A stretch of DNA of 64,000 bases from Mobula birostris (GCF_030028105.1 NC_092394.1:22049939-22113938); one strand, 5' to 3'. Counted from the stretch's first letter, positions 51,775 to 64,000 are shown. Numbers and translations are program-made. Notes: generated from the sequence alone by a model not told the origin.

Positions 51775-52245
51775 CAAACAACAGGAATTCTGCAGATGCT
51801 GGAAATTCAAGCAACACACATCAAAGTTGCTGGTGAATGCAGCAGGCCAGGCAGCATCTCTAGGAAGAGGTACAGTCGACGTTTCAGGCCAAGACCTTTC
51901 GTCAGGACTAACTGAAGGAAGAGTTAGTAAGAGATTTGAAAGTGGGAGGGGGAGGGGGAGGGGGAGATCCAAAATGATAGGAGAAGACAGGAGGGGGAGG
52001 GCTGGAGCCAAGAGCTGGACAGGTGATAGGCAAAGGGGATATGAGAGGATCATGGGACAGGAGGCCCGGGGAGAAAGACAAGGCGGGGGGAACCCAGAGG
52101 ATGGGCAAGGGGTATAGTCAGAGGGACAGAGGGAAAAAAAGGAGAGTGAGAGAAAGAATGTGTGTATAAAAATAAATAACGGATGGGGTACGAGGGGGAG
52201 GTGGGGCATTAGTGGAAGTTAGAGAAGTCAATGTTCATGCCATCG
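51775..52245 (-). mobile_element. Penelope 3' end (GIY-YIG C-terminus and full pLTR)
   Basis: DGMNIDFSNFH* followed by a pLTR with an intact hammerhead motif. Confidence 0.85.
51873..51910 (-). ncRNA. Minimal hammerhead ribozyme motif in Penelope pLTR (best-preserved copy)
   Basis: UAGUC-CUGACGA-A-AGGU(CUUG)GCCU-GAAA-CGUC-GACUG: intact core, stem I AGUC/GACU, paired stem II, palindromic ACGU in place of stem III. Confidence 0.7.
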
Positions 52246-54316
52246 GGTCCTCCAACCAATATCTTTGATGTGTGTTGCTAATATTGGACAGGGGTAATTA
52301 ATGAAGAAAAAGAAACAAGCTTCAAAGATATTTAATTCAATATTCATCCGGTGGGTACCAAATTATGAGAGTTTTACTGTAATTCCATTCAGAGAATATT
52401 TTCTGATGTCCCTCTTGATATGGAATTCAGTTGAGTGGCAAAGGGGAAAGTATGAATGTAAGTCCTACCAGGTGTCAGATGGAATGTATAGTTGAAGTTA
52501 CATTAGGACACTACAATCAGCATCTGACTTGTTCTCAATAACTTACGAACAAACTGAGTGCAAATATGAAAAATTTAATTTGAGGCGGTAATTTACAAGG
52601 ATGGGACATTAAGGCTGGTTTTCAATTTAAGAAGGCAATGTTGCAAAAGAGGAGAACTGCACAAAAACAGGGAACTGTATAGCTTGGAGGCTATTTTTTT
52701 GAAAACTGTATGATCAGAAACTTAATAGAATTGAGGGAGATGTGTTTCATGATAACATCAGAGAAAGCACGGAGAGAGATGGATATGTGGGCTCAGGTAA
52801 GGGAGATAGAAGTTTGTGGGAAGTATGAATAGTCCCAATCTGAATGATAAGGCATTCTAAGAACTCATCAGCCTTATCCTTTGAGATGAGGGAGAGAGGA
52901 AATGTAGATGTTTTGAGGTGACAGTGAATGATGGAGTAAGGAAACAGGGGTTATATCAGTTTTAGTATTGTAATATGTAGTTTTGATAGAGGAGAACAAA
53001 ACCAATAGTGCTTGATGTGGCAGTCATACCTGGTTAAACAGGTTCAGTTGGTTGTGCATAACAGCTTAAGACAGACATATATCTGATAGGATCAAAATCA
53101 GAATCAGAATCAGAATCAGGTTTATTATCACTGACATATGTTGCGAAATTTGTTGTTTTGCGACAGCAGTACAGTGCAAGGCATAAAAATGGCTAAAAGT
53201 TCCAAAAATAGATACCTAAATAGTGCAAAAGAGAAATGATGAAGTAGTGTTTATGAATAGTTCTTTTGCGGCATAATGGTTCTGCGAATGTATGGCTCTG
53301 TGACTGTAGTCTTCGAACATAAGGAGGCAAAACCAAGGCTATCACTGGGTTAGTAAAGAACAAATGGACAAGGACATATAGAAATAGAGGCAAGGAAGTG
53401 GTTGACGTTACAAAGTGAAAGTGAATTTACAAATGTTAGGAATTGGAAAAGTGCAGTTGCAAATGAAGGGATTTTCCTCACGGCAGGTATAGAAGGAAAT
53501 GGATTGAAGTGAGATGAAGGAATGTGGTTGTGAGGAACTGAAGTGTATATAAGTGGACCCACTGTGATTTGCATTGATGGGAGTGGAGAAGCTGAACATA
53601 ATTGACAAGGTTTAGAAAGGTGGATAGGAATATAGTAAGGAGATCTTTTATGGATGCAAACTTTATGAAAGGCTTAAGAGAGATAAAGGCAAGATTAGCT
53701 ATAAATTGATTTCGCAAAGGATAAATCATTTGTTATTTCAGAGAGTGAAGAATGAAACTGGCTGGGACTTGGCAGTTGAGAGGGTAGAATGTAAGGGTTT
53801 TAAAGGAGAGGTGATTGTCTTGAAATAGGATGAGGAGATCAAAGGAACAGAATTTGGAGGATGATCCTGCAAAGATGGAGAAGTATGCTGGAAAGAAGCT
53901 GACACTTCGGAAATTGTAACTTGCACCCCAGTAATGAGTTATCCATTGGCAGGACAGAAGCACAGTTCTGGGTGCCAAAGGGCCTATGTCCATGGACCAA
54001 GCAAAACATAGGTGGGTGGTCAGACAGTAACATTCACTGTAATGCAGAGGAAATGCACATAATCATTGCATCAAAATGATGGGTGGAGAGGGAGTGTGGA
54101 GGAGTAGCGGCAATATCGTCTAATGTTGTGGTATTACGGTTAATGATATTTAATCTGTTTCTTTTTCTACTTTAGTGGATTGAAGACAATTAAAATGGCT
54201 GAAGATAGTAAGGGGTCTCAAATTAGCCCCTAACCCGATACCTTGGAATACTTAATCCAGTTCTGATCAGTTGTGCGCGGTTGATATTACTATGAATATA
54301 TTGAATATACTATATA

Positions 54317-54791
54317 CGAGGGGTGATTGATAAATTCATGGCCTAAGGTAGAAGGAGTCAATTTTAGAAAACCTAGCACGTTTATTTTTCAACATAGTCC
54401 CCTCCTACATATGCACACTTAGTCCGGTCGTCGTGGAGCATACGGATCCCTTCTTTGTAGAAGTGGCCCACAGCAGGGGTGATCGATAAGTTTGTGGCCT
54501 AAGGTAGAAGGAGATGAGTTATACAGCTCTCATCACATGCACGTGCAGTTCAACTCTTTGAGTGAAAATGCAGAAAGTTTGAAGTTTCTCCTCATCTCCT
54601 TCTACTTTAGGCCGCGAACTTATCAATAACCCCTGCTGTGGACCACTTTCTGGAGGTCCAAGACGCCGACTTCTACAAAGAAGGGATCCGTATGCTCCAC
54701 GACCGCTGGACTAAGTGTGTAAATGTAGGAAAAATAAATGTGCTAGGTTTTCTAAAATTGACTCCTTCTACCTTAGGCCAATCACCCCTCG
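54317..54791. mobile_element. Mariner-derived fold-back MITE
   Basis: TIR CGAGGGGTGATTG after TA; transposase C-terminus FYKEGIRMLHDRWTKCVNV present on both arms in inverted orientation. Confidence 0.85.
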
Positions 54792-54989
54792 AATATATGT
54801 ATATATATTGATGGTACTATGAATTGTAAATATGAGTGCAAATTGAAAGAAGAGAGCTGAAGCCTGTAAGGTGAAATATGTTGGCTAGATCAACACATCC
54901 ACTCCAGGCTATCTATGTGTTCCTACCAAACGGAAAAGTTTCTATGATACTTGCAGTGTAAACCAAACAAATCTACACAAAGCTGTCTA

Positions 54990-55277
54990 CCAAGTCAGCT
55001 CTTTGTTCTCGGGCGCACTTCTGTCTACAGTACCACAGTCACTTTTGCTGATCTGTGCGGCGTCGCTGTGAAAAACAAAGCAAAGAGCTGGTGTCAGCCT
55101 CTGCTACCTCTGTGCGATGCAGTTTGCTTTGTTGATCTCTTTGTGACCTAACCTGATTCAAAAGGGGGAGAAAAAAACAAGAAGCAAATCCACTGCCAAT
55201 ATAAAAAGGACGAGTTGAGGTTTATACAGCACTCCTCATATTTTCTCTTGTCTGGCAAAAGCTTGAGCTGTAATTCG
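54990..55277 (+). promoter_or_regulatory. betaB-crystallin promoter and putative non-coding exon 1
   Basis: TATAAAA at 55200-55206; half-MARE TTTTGCTGA at 55043-55051; several Sox-like CTTTGT/AACAAAG motifs; donor CG|GTGAGC after 55277. Confidence 0.6.
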
Positions 55278-55433
55278 GTGAGCTATTGGAATATTTTCAA
55301 AGGAGATAAAATTATCTGATGTGAAAACTTCATACAAGGAGGGGCATCATTAATAACATAGGCATTAAATATATTTGACATCCAAACTAATTACAAGTGA
55401 TTTATTTTGATTATTATTTTAGCTATCACCACA

Positions 55434-55499
55434 ATGTCTCATAGTGGAACTCAAGGTAGCGTTGGAAGCCATTCTGCATCTGGTCTTCGCAGTAACAGG
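55434..55499 (+). CDS. crybb1l3: Basic beta-crystallin (crybb1l3-like), coding part of exon 2 (MSHSGTQGSVGSHSASGLRSNR)
   Basis: Acceptor TTTTAG| with exon start 55423, ACAATG start, phase-0 donor AGG|GTAGGT. The N-terminal arm resembles teleost crybb1l3 as recalled, so the symbol is less certain than the betaB family call. Confidence 0.8.
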
Positions 55500-55824
55500 G
55501 TAGGTGCATTGTTGTATTTACATTTAAATATTATCAATAATTGATCTTTATTGATATAAATGTGCAGCATGCAATAATGAAAATGAGAATTTACTATTAT
55601 GTAACAGCCCTCCTATTTGATTTCAAGCTTACTGTGAGGTAACTTGTGAGCCATGTACAAAATGTTGGCTACTGGTATGACCAGTGTCAGTCCACTTATA
55701 GAATGAGTTTTCATGGCATGTGAAAAGGTATTTGACATTATTATATATTATTATAGTGTAGTGTATTATATTGTACCTACAGTTATCATAACTCTATTAA
55801 TTTCAAGTAAGTACGCAAAAAGAT

Positions 55825-57425
55825 AGGTCTGGTCAGTAGGTCGAGATTCTAAATTGGAGGAAGACCAATTTTGATGGTATCAGAAAGGATCTGCCAAGTG
55901 TGTACTGGGACAGGCCAGTCCCTGGAATAGGTGTAATTGGTAAGTGGCAGTCCTTCAAAAACAAAAATTGGAGAGTACGGAGTTTATATTTACCTGTCAG
56001 TATAAAAGGTAAAGTTAACAGATTTAAGGAACGTGATTTTCAAGAGATATTAGGCAGGCAGGAACAAATAAATTGCTTATGGAATTTAAGAAATGCAGAA
56101 CACTTAAGAAAGAAATCAGGAAGACTAAAAGAAGGCATAAGGTTGCTTTAGCAGACAAAGTGAAGGAGAATCTTAAGGGATTTATAGATAAGTTAAGCGC
56201 AAAAGGATTGTAAAAGACAAAATTGGTCCTCTGAAAAATCAGAATGGTAATCCATGCATGTAGCCAAAAAAGATGGGGGAGACCTTAAATAAATTTTTTG
56301 CACCTGTATTTACTCAGGAGACAGATGCAGAGTCTACAGAAGTAAGGCAAAGTGGTATCAACTTCATGGACCCTGTCTCGATTACTGAGGAGGAGGTGTT
56401 TGCTATCTTGCAGCAAAGTAGGGTGGATAAGTCCTCAGGGTCTGAGAAGATGTTCCCTCGAATCATGTGGGAGGCAAATGCTGAAATAACCAGGGGCCTA
56501 GCAGAGATATGTAAATCATCCTTAGCAACAGATGAGGTACCAGAGTATTGGAGGAGAGCCAATGTTGTTTCACTGTTTAAGAAAGGCTCTAAAAATAAAG
56601 CAGGAAGTTATGGGTCAGTGAGCCTGACATCAGTAGTAGGAAAGTTATTGGAAGGTATCCTAAGGGACTGGATATATGAGTAATTGGATCGACATAGACT
56701 GATCAGGAATGGTCAGCCTGGCTTTGTGCATGGTAGGTCATGTTTAACCAATCTCATAGAGTTTTTTGAAAGAATTACAGTGGTGTCACAGGTAGATAGG
56801 GTTGTAAAGAAAGCTTTTGGCACATTGGCCTTCATAAATCAAAGTACTGAGTACAGGAGGTGTTATGTTGAAGTTGTATAAGACATTGGTGATGCCTAAT
56901 TTGGAGTATTGTGTGCAGTTTTGGTGAGCCTTCTACAGGAAAGATGTAAATAAGGTTGAAAGAATACAGAGAAAATTTACAAGGATGTTGCTGGGTCTGG
57001 AGGATCTGAGTTATAGGGAAAGATTGAATAGGTTAAGACTTCATTCCTTGGGACATAGAAGACTGAGGAGAGATTTGAAATTATGATGGGAATAAATAGA
57101 GTAAATGTAAGCAGGCTTTTTCCACTGGGACTACAACTAGAAGTCATGGGTTAAGGGTGAAAAGTGAAATGTTTAAGGGGAACATGAGGGGAAATTTCTT
57201 CTCTCAGAGGGTTGTGAGAGTGTGGAATGAGCTGCCAGGCCAAGTGGTGCATGCGATCTCAATTTCAACATTTAAGAGAAGTTTGGATTGGTACATGGAT
57301 CGTAGAGGTATGGCCATCTACAGTCCTCATGCAGATTGGTGAGAGTGGACAGTTTAATTGTCTTGGCATGGACGAGTTGGGTCGAAGGGCCAGTTTCAGT
57401 GCTGTACTTTTCTATGACTCTACTA
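55825..57425 (+). mobile_element. CR1 LINE with internal RT deletion, in betaB intron 2
   Basis: KSSGSEKMFPR...SVSLTSVVGKLLE...GRSCLTNLIEFFE joined directly to VVKKAFGTLAFI at about 56780. Confidence 0.9.
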
Positions 57426-58164
57426 TTTTACTCTTCTAGTATTCATTTTCCTAAGATAATGTTACCAGTTACATTTTACAGCAACTAATACTATTAGTTT
57501 GTGATAAGAGTATTGAGTTCAACAGATCCCCAGTACAATCAACTCTTGACTTCAGCGCCTACCTCATTATGGTCGTGCACCGTTTTGTCTACCTGCACTG
57601 CACTGTGTCCATTGCACTTTATTTTGTATTCTGTTTTGTTTTACCTTGAACTATGTAATGATTTAGTCTGTGTGAACAGTCTCAAAGACAAGCTTTTCAC
57701 TGTGCCTCCTCAGTACATGTCACAATAATAAATCAAATCCAATTCCAGTTCCAGTTTGAAAAGGGCAAAACTGAAATGGAAAATGAGTGTAGCATATTGT
57801 TCAAACATTCTTACTGTGCTAGTGAACTGAACCAGCAGGTATCATAAAGTTATTTCACCATGAAGTCCTTTGCAGGCAAGACCAATCTTGATCTTTTTTT
57901 CTTGAATGCTTTCCACCAGCAATTAATGGATAACAACTCGGTGTGAGCACTTCAGTTAATCTTTTGTTTTCTCCACATTCCTCCTTTTGCACCGTCTTAC
58001 TCAGTGCATACTCAGTGTTGTCTGTCTGAATCAGCAGTCACCACTTAAGGCTGCTGTAGCTGAAACTTAAGGTACATAGTTTGGTTTAAGTTTGAACTTA
58101 AAGTTGTAATTTTTCAATTATGAGAGTGGCGATGGAGACTCATTTGCCTCTCTTTAATTCTTAG

Positions 58165-58283
58165 ATTATCATATATGAGCATGAAAACTTCCAAGGGCGT
58201 TGGGTGGACATTAACGCAGAGTGCCGAAACATCTGCGAACAAGGATTTGATAGAGTGGGATCCATTCGTGTTGAATGCGGACC
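58165..58283 (+). CDS. crybb1l3: Basic beta-crystallin exon 3
   Basis: 119 nt, IIIYEHENFQGRWVDINAECRNICEQGFDRVGSIRVECGP, TTAG| acceptor and |GTGAGT donor. Confidence 0.93.
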
Positions 58284-58679
58284 GTGAGTTTTTCCTATCC
58301 TTACTTAACCAATCGCAGTGCAGAGCAACTATGTGTTAACTTTTCTGATGTTTGTGGTTTCCTCCAACTTTTAAAGATTGCCAGAAAAGTATTCTCGAGT
58401 AGTGACTGAGCCCACAGGCAGTCAATACCTTGTCAAGATGATGTCTAATTCCTTCACAAGGTGTTGGCCATGCTTTATGTAATGAGATCGACAACTATGG
58501 AGAACTATGCACCTATAGGCATAACTATGTATCACAGAACAGAATTTTTAAAATATACAGTGCAGAACACACATGCTTAATTACTGGGGTAGAACTGTTT
58601 GTGACAGTTCTGACTTGAGTTAGTCCCAGACTTACTTTCATTCATCATTAAGTTTGTAAGTGAAGAAAGCGTAAATAGG

Positions 58680-58880
58680 GTCAGTTCCCGCCTCTGGCTG
58701 CATGTACTTTCTCCCCGTGACCGTGTGGGTTTCCTCCCACAGTCCAAAGAGGTACCAGTCGGTAGGTTAATTGCTCTTTGTAAATTGTCCTGTGATTGGG
58801 CTAGGATTAAATCGGGGGGTTGCTGGGTAGTGTGGCTCGTGGGGCTGATTCCACGCTGTATCTCAATAAATTTATAAAAA
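58680..58880 (+). mobile_element. V-SINE (HE1-like)
   Basis: CTCCCCGTGACCGTGTGGGTTTCCTCCCACAGTCCAAAGA V-domain followed by AATAAA and an A-rich tail. Confidence 0.7.
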
Positions 58881-59805
58881 AAGAATAGTCCAAATCAGAA
58901 CCCTGTCTTACCAGGCAAGATACTTAAATATGATATCACTTCCTTTATTTTTTCTTTAATTAATTATTTTAAAATACTTCTTAGTTATCTTTACATATTA
59001 CCTTTTCAAACACAGCAGTCCTTCAGATCAAGATTATAAGTAATCTTTTGGAGTGGGGGAGGGTTCAGAATTCAGACCTAGAGACAATAAAAAACTTGAT
59101 ATATTTGATAGATTTATATTAACCTGTCCTATTATATCCTCATGTGATGTTAAGATTTATTTGAAGTGTTTTATCATAAAGGTACTTTATAAATCCAAAT
59201 TACTATTGATGGCATGACATGTTGTTTGCAAATCAAAACAAAACAATCCTATAATGGAATGCTATTTGCAATATAAATAGAGGTCCTTACATGCCATTTT
59301 GCTTGCTGTTTCCTTGTAGCTATGTATCTTAATAATGATTTCTATAGTAAATGTGTACTAAATGCTTTTTCATACATACTCGTTGCATCCTAGAGTGCTG
59401 AAGTACTGTGGCCTATCCAATATTATCAACTGATTCATTATCACTTCCTTCTACTTAATGCCTTTACCACATGCATTCTTTTCAGGGACTAGACATCTGG
59501 ATGCAACATTTTCTTATTTTCCCATCTTATTGTCAATTATGCCATCAAATTTTTATTTTGCTTCCTTTTCACAAATGTGTCACTTCAGAAGAATAAATCT
59601 GATACCACAGTATTCCATACTCTGTTATCTTTGCACATTGAAAATGTACATGTTCTGATATCTGTGTCCCAGTAGACCAAGTTGGAACAAACCTGTGACA
59701 CTAAAACTTATTACTGAGAAGTATCCTTCAGATACATGATATGAGGTTCATATTATTAATTGCAAGAGGAAATTCTGACATTTCTTGCATTCGTTTGCTT
59801 TTCAG

Positions 59806-59938
59806 ATGGGTGGGTTACGAACAACAAAATTTCTGTGGCGAGATGTTCATGTTGGAGAAAGGAGAATATCCTCGTTGGGACTCCTGGTCCAATAGCTATC
59901 ACACTGACTGCATGATGTCTTTCAGACCAGTTAGAATG
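59806..59938 (+). CDS. crybb1l3: Basic beta-crystallin exon 4
   Basis: 133 nt (shorter than the betaA exon 4), [44 protein letters not shown]. Confidence 0.93.
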
Positions 59939-60779
59939 GTAAGAGGCTTTCTGTGTAGTTTGTATATCTCATATGAATATTAGAACATGAGATATAAATT
60001 AAGCTAAAAATGTTTACGTAATACATGATTTTTTTCTGTTTGAAGCAGAATATTTTCAAATGAAAACAATAATACAGATTCTGTTCAATTCCATTCAAGT
60101 TTAATTGCCGTTCAACCATACATGAATACTCATGAATACAGTCAATGTGACAGCGTTACTCCAGGGTCAAGTTGCAAAACACAGTACCAACAGTCACACA
60201 CAGCACAAAGCACACATAGCACGTACAAAGTAGGAAACACATAAAGGTATCAGAAAGATACAGCCATGCAATAAAAAGTCCATCAGTGCTGCAGAAATCT
60301 GCAATCAACCACAACAGAGCTTTGTCTTCTGCTGAATGAACACTGGGGCAGGGTGGCAGCACCAACTCCAACCTGGGTGTTGCAACACACCGCCCCTGGT
60401 GGGTTGCACCAGCTCTGATGCCTCGCTCTTGGCTGGTGGCCTAATCCACACACATACAAGATAGCAAGCACATATGGGATATCAGTAAAATACAACCTTG
60501 CAAAATACATAAATACAAAATGTTCCATAGAATCAAAGAAGACGGATTTTGTGGGTGATAATCTCCAGTATGATGACAGAAACAAATGGATAAAATGATC
60601 AGGAACTTGAATAGATGCTAAAACGTAAGTGTGAGACTGGGAGATTCCAATTTCAGAGTCCAGTAGTAACAGTAATGAGCCATGAAGAAGAGCACTGTGG
60701 TATCTGAACAAGCCTGAGTCAAAGGCCCTGGTAGAAAAACACAACAAAATATTATAAACTAATAAAAGGAGGTCGTTAG

Positions 60780-61810
60780 TTCAGGACATCATTAAAACAT
60801 TATGTTGAACTTTAGTCAACACTATCATTTAGAATTCTTGTCACCATACTGGAGGAAGGGTGTGATTGCACTGGAGAGAGTGTAGAGGAGATTCACTTGG
60901 ATATTGCTGGAATGGAAGACTTCAGTTTTGGGGAGAGATTGGATTGCTGGATTTGCTTTCCCAGGAGTGAAGGCAGGTGAGAGATGAACTGATAAAGCTA
61001 TACAGGTTAAAGCCTTTTAGTTTGCCACCCTTAGGGCCTGATTGGTGCCAGCCCGCAGAAAATTTGGACCAGAGAAACAGGTTCCAATCACCTTCCTCTG
61101 AACGGGAGAACTGTTCTTTCTTAAGTATAGATACTCACTGGGTCAAGTGAAGGTTCCAAGGACAGAGATAATCAAACTGTAGCTTCAACTACCTGACCAC
61201 TGTTAGCTAATTTTATTGCACAACATGCTTATAATTCAGGACCCCTATAGTGCCAGCATTTAACCCAACATCTCTGTATGTTGGAAATACTGTCATCTGA
61301 GACTGCAAATACTGCACTGGTAGGTCAATTAGCCATGGTTTAATATAGATCGCAGTTAACTTTAGAACTTAGTTAGAATTGGTTAATTAGTATTGATTTG
61401 TACAATAGATTCAAAACAGGCTGGACCAAAGAATTCTGGACTAGAGGGTTTCAACCTACCTATAATTGTAAGTGTATACAGGTAGATTAGAATATGAGAG
61501 TCTTTTTCCTGTGGCTGGGGTATCAAGAACAAGACAGCATAGGATTGAGATGAGAGGAAGGAGTTTTAATAGGGTGTTTTGAGGGACAAGTTTTTTTTAC
61601 ATGGAGATTGGTTGTTATCTGGAACTTGCTGCTAGAGAATGTGCTGGAGTCAGATGCTATCACTTCACTTAAGAAGCTTTTAGATAAGAAAGGCAGAGAT
61701 GGAAATGGAACTAGTGTGGGCAAATGGTGTTAGGGTAGATGGGTAAAAAAGGGTCATCATGGACAAGGAGGCTGAAGGGTCTGACTCTGTACTAGACAAC
61801 TTGATGACAC
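60780..61810 (+). mobile_element. Old CR1 3' fragment split by a Tigger/pogo-like MITE (about 61003-61458)
   Basis: CR1 sequence resumes after the insert; imperfect TIRs CAGGTTAAAGCCTTTTAGT/ACTAGAGGGTTTCAACCT at a TA site. Confidence 0.55.
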
Positions 61811-62485
61811 TACAAGTAACAGTAACATAATTCCTCAAGAGCAGGAAAGATCAACAGAAAAGGATTAACTAAAAAAAATAGCCAGCAGAAATAAAGAGGA
61901 ATATTAAATTGCTTGTGTAAGAGGAATAAAAGAAAGCAGGTGGGATAAAATTGGCACCCTAATTTATGTAGGTTATGAAGTGTTTCGTTATGGTTGGAAA
62001 AGAAGAAGGAATGAGAGTTGAGTTAATGGTAATTAGTTTAACATGAAAGAACAAAAGTAACAAAAGGAAAGAAAAAAAGTCCAAATAGACTGAGATGAAG
62101 CAAAAGAGGGGATCATTATTAGAAGTGTACTGGACTTCTCCAGATGGTGGAATAGAAATGAAAGGAAAAAATAAGTAGGGAAATACCTGAAATTAATTAT
62201 GCAGGATCATAGTCATGCAGGATTGAACTACCACCAAATATACTAGAAAAAAAGGATTAAAAAGTGAGACAAGCGGAGATTTATAGGGGACACGTTTCTT
62301 TTTTGACCCAGAGTATTAAATATTATATAAAGGTAATTAACCCAAAAGCATAATGGCCACATGGAAAAATATTCAGGTACTAGTTAATACGTATTTAAGT
62401 TGTGTTTTCAATTAAGTCTGTAATAATAATACTTCTTTTAATAACACAATGAAATCACTTACCATACTTAAAACTTTCATATCAG

Positions 62486-62628
62486 GATGGCCAGGATCAT
62501 AAAATTTGTCTCCATGAATGTGCCAACTTTGACGGAAGGAAAATGGAGATCTGTGATGAGGATATTCCCAGTTTGTGGGCCTATGGTTTCCAAGACAGAG
62601 TTGCCAGCATTAAAGTCATTGGTGGAAC
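62486..62628 (+). CDS. crybb1l3: Basic beta-crystallin exon 5 (exon 6 beyond window)
   Basis: 143 nt, [53 protein letters not shown]| acceptor and |GTGAGT donor. Confidence 0.93.
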
Positions 62629-63727
62629 GTGAGTAATAGCCTTTTCTTCAAAGACTTTTTTTTGTAATTGGACCTTCTGTTTCTCAAATTTGAATGAATG
62701 TCAAATTTGGAATCCCACAGAAATATTGGATTTATTTTCATCCACTAACAACTTGGATATTGTGGCATTGTGTTAGACAAGTGCAGCTCAGAACCAGAAA
62801 ATGGTTGACTACAGGAATATGTGAGAAAAGACTCATGGCACTTTGTTTTTGAAGAAATAAACTCAATGAGGTGCAGGATGAATACAATGATATACTGTAC
62901 TTTGACTTCAAAGCCTGAAGGAAAACTATAATATCTAATAAGAAAACACAACGTCTTATGGCTTGAATGGCTTATGTAAAAAAATTAGAAATGCAAATTT
63001 ATAAAACTATGGAGATCTTTTTCTTCTTATGTTGATCTAGTTAGATTTTTAAAAAAGTAACTTTTTACAAAGCTTTACACTTGTTTCATTTGAATAAGCA
63101 CTTTTAAGGAATATTCTTGTGGTCAGCCCTTTAGTTGGTATGACCAGTGGTCTATTCCACTGCCACAGTCCGTACCTCTCTTTACCCAATAATGATAATT
63201 CTACATCAATAAATTGCACATTAATTTTAAATTTTGTGTGTATTTTGCAATATTATTTATATATTATGTGGAGGCTATTTTGTACAGAAAATGTGTAACA
63301 TTTTTATAGAAGATGCAGATTATATGTTGTACCGATTTGAGAGTAGTCCTCATGAAAGTAAATGTCTTCCCCCTGTTGATTCTTCCTGATGCAAAAATCA
63401 GTTCCTTTTTGATGCTTAGCATTGTTACAGACGACACATACGGAATTATCTAGCAGCAAATTTAAGCAGCGTAAAGGCACACGGGACCGTTAAACTCAGT
63501 AAGTCGATTACCACATATCCTTCCTGCAACCTTGCAAGTTTATATCTCTCAAGCTGCTGCTCTCAAGTTTTCAGTTTAAAAAATCCTTTTCAGATTTATA
63601 TTTTTTTGACATTTAAATATTCAAAGAATCTGGAGAAAGGTGGGGAATAGTGCAGAAGAATGACACCAAGGTGAAGGATCTGCCACGATCTTGGGTGCCA
63701 CATTAATGAAGCAGTTAGCATGCCAAG

Positions 63728-64000
63728 TGTCACAATGGCGGGGGCATTGGGAGCAAGGGTGGACCCAAATGCAAGACACATCGTGAGGTTACTTAAATTT
63801 AGCTTATTGTTCGAAACCAGAAGAGCAAGGCAGGAGTAGGAATAGCGAACTGGACAAGGACTGAGGACTATGACTAGACTGGGACCAAGGGTTTGGGCTA
63901 GGACTCGGAATCCGCTCCCAGAACTAGAGGAGACATGAAGAGGCTAGGGTATGGGCTCCGAGCCAGAGACTGGGCAAGGACCCAGTACCTGGGTCTTGCC
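63728..64000 (-). mobile_element. Probable Gypsy LTR edge (continues beyond window)
   Basis: Begins TGTCAC; GGACCCAAATGC motif similar to the LTR end near 22910; short GGACT repeats. Confidence 0.5.

Noticed and set aside
8105-52245. Recurrent similar ORFs (MLVNAAGQAASLGRGTVDVSG...) suggesting a small-protein family
   Set aside because: They are incidental translations of the Penelope pLTR repeat, mostly with non-ATG starts
52500-54150. Purine-skewed stretch with several overlapping minus-strand ORFs between the crystallin promoters
   Set aside because: No convincing motif; possibly an ancient LINE remnant that I cannot classify by eye
62629-64000. Search for betaB exon 6 ([11 protein letters not shown])
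   Set aside because: The motif is absent; the exon lies beyond the window

Overview
This is eukaryotic, repeat-rich vertebrate DNA. The repeat content (CR1/HER1-like LINEs, V-SINEs, Rex1-like LINEs, abundant Penelope pLTRs) suggests a cartilaginous fish, probably a ray; that assignment is inference. Three spliced genes can be reconstructed exon by exon with GT-AG boundaries and consistent phases. TMIGD1 (minus, 14600->2105) lacks its last exon, which I did not find in the window. CRYBA1 (minus, 48665->44623) has a complete CDS. A divergently transcribed basic beta-crystallin, crybb1l3-like (plus, 55434->62628), has its last exon beyond the window. The rest is mostly nested transposable elements, and most ORFs in the supplied track are TE debris or spurious. 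The most interesting signals are: Penelope pseudo-LTRs carrying minimal hammerhead-ribozyme motifs, including short TSD-flanked hairpin units; an L1 with a twin-priming-type 5' inversion and an 11-bp TSD; a head-to-head CRYBA1/betaB pair absent from mammals; a CRYBA1 that cannot encode the betaA3 extension; and composite or fold-back MITEs. There are no prokaryotic systems or CRISPR arrays. No database searches were run, TE boundaries without a TSD are approximate, and family names come from motif recognition.
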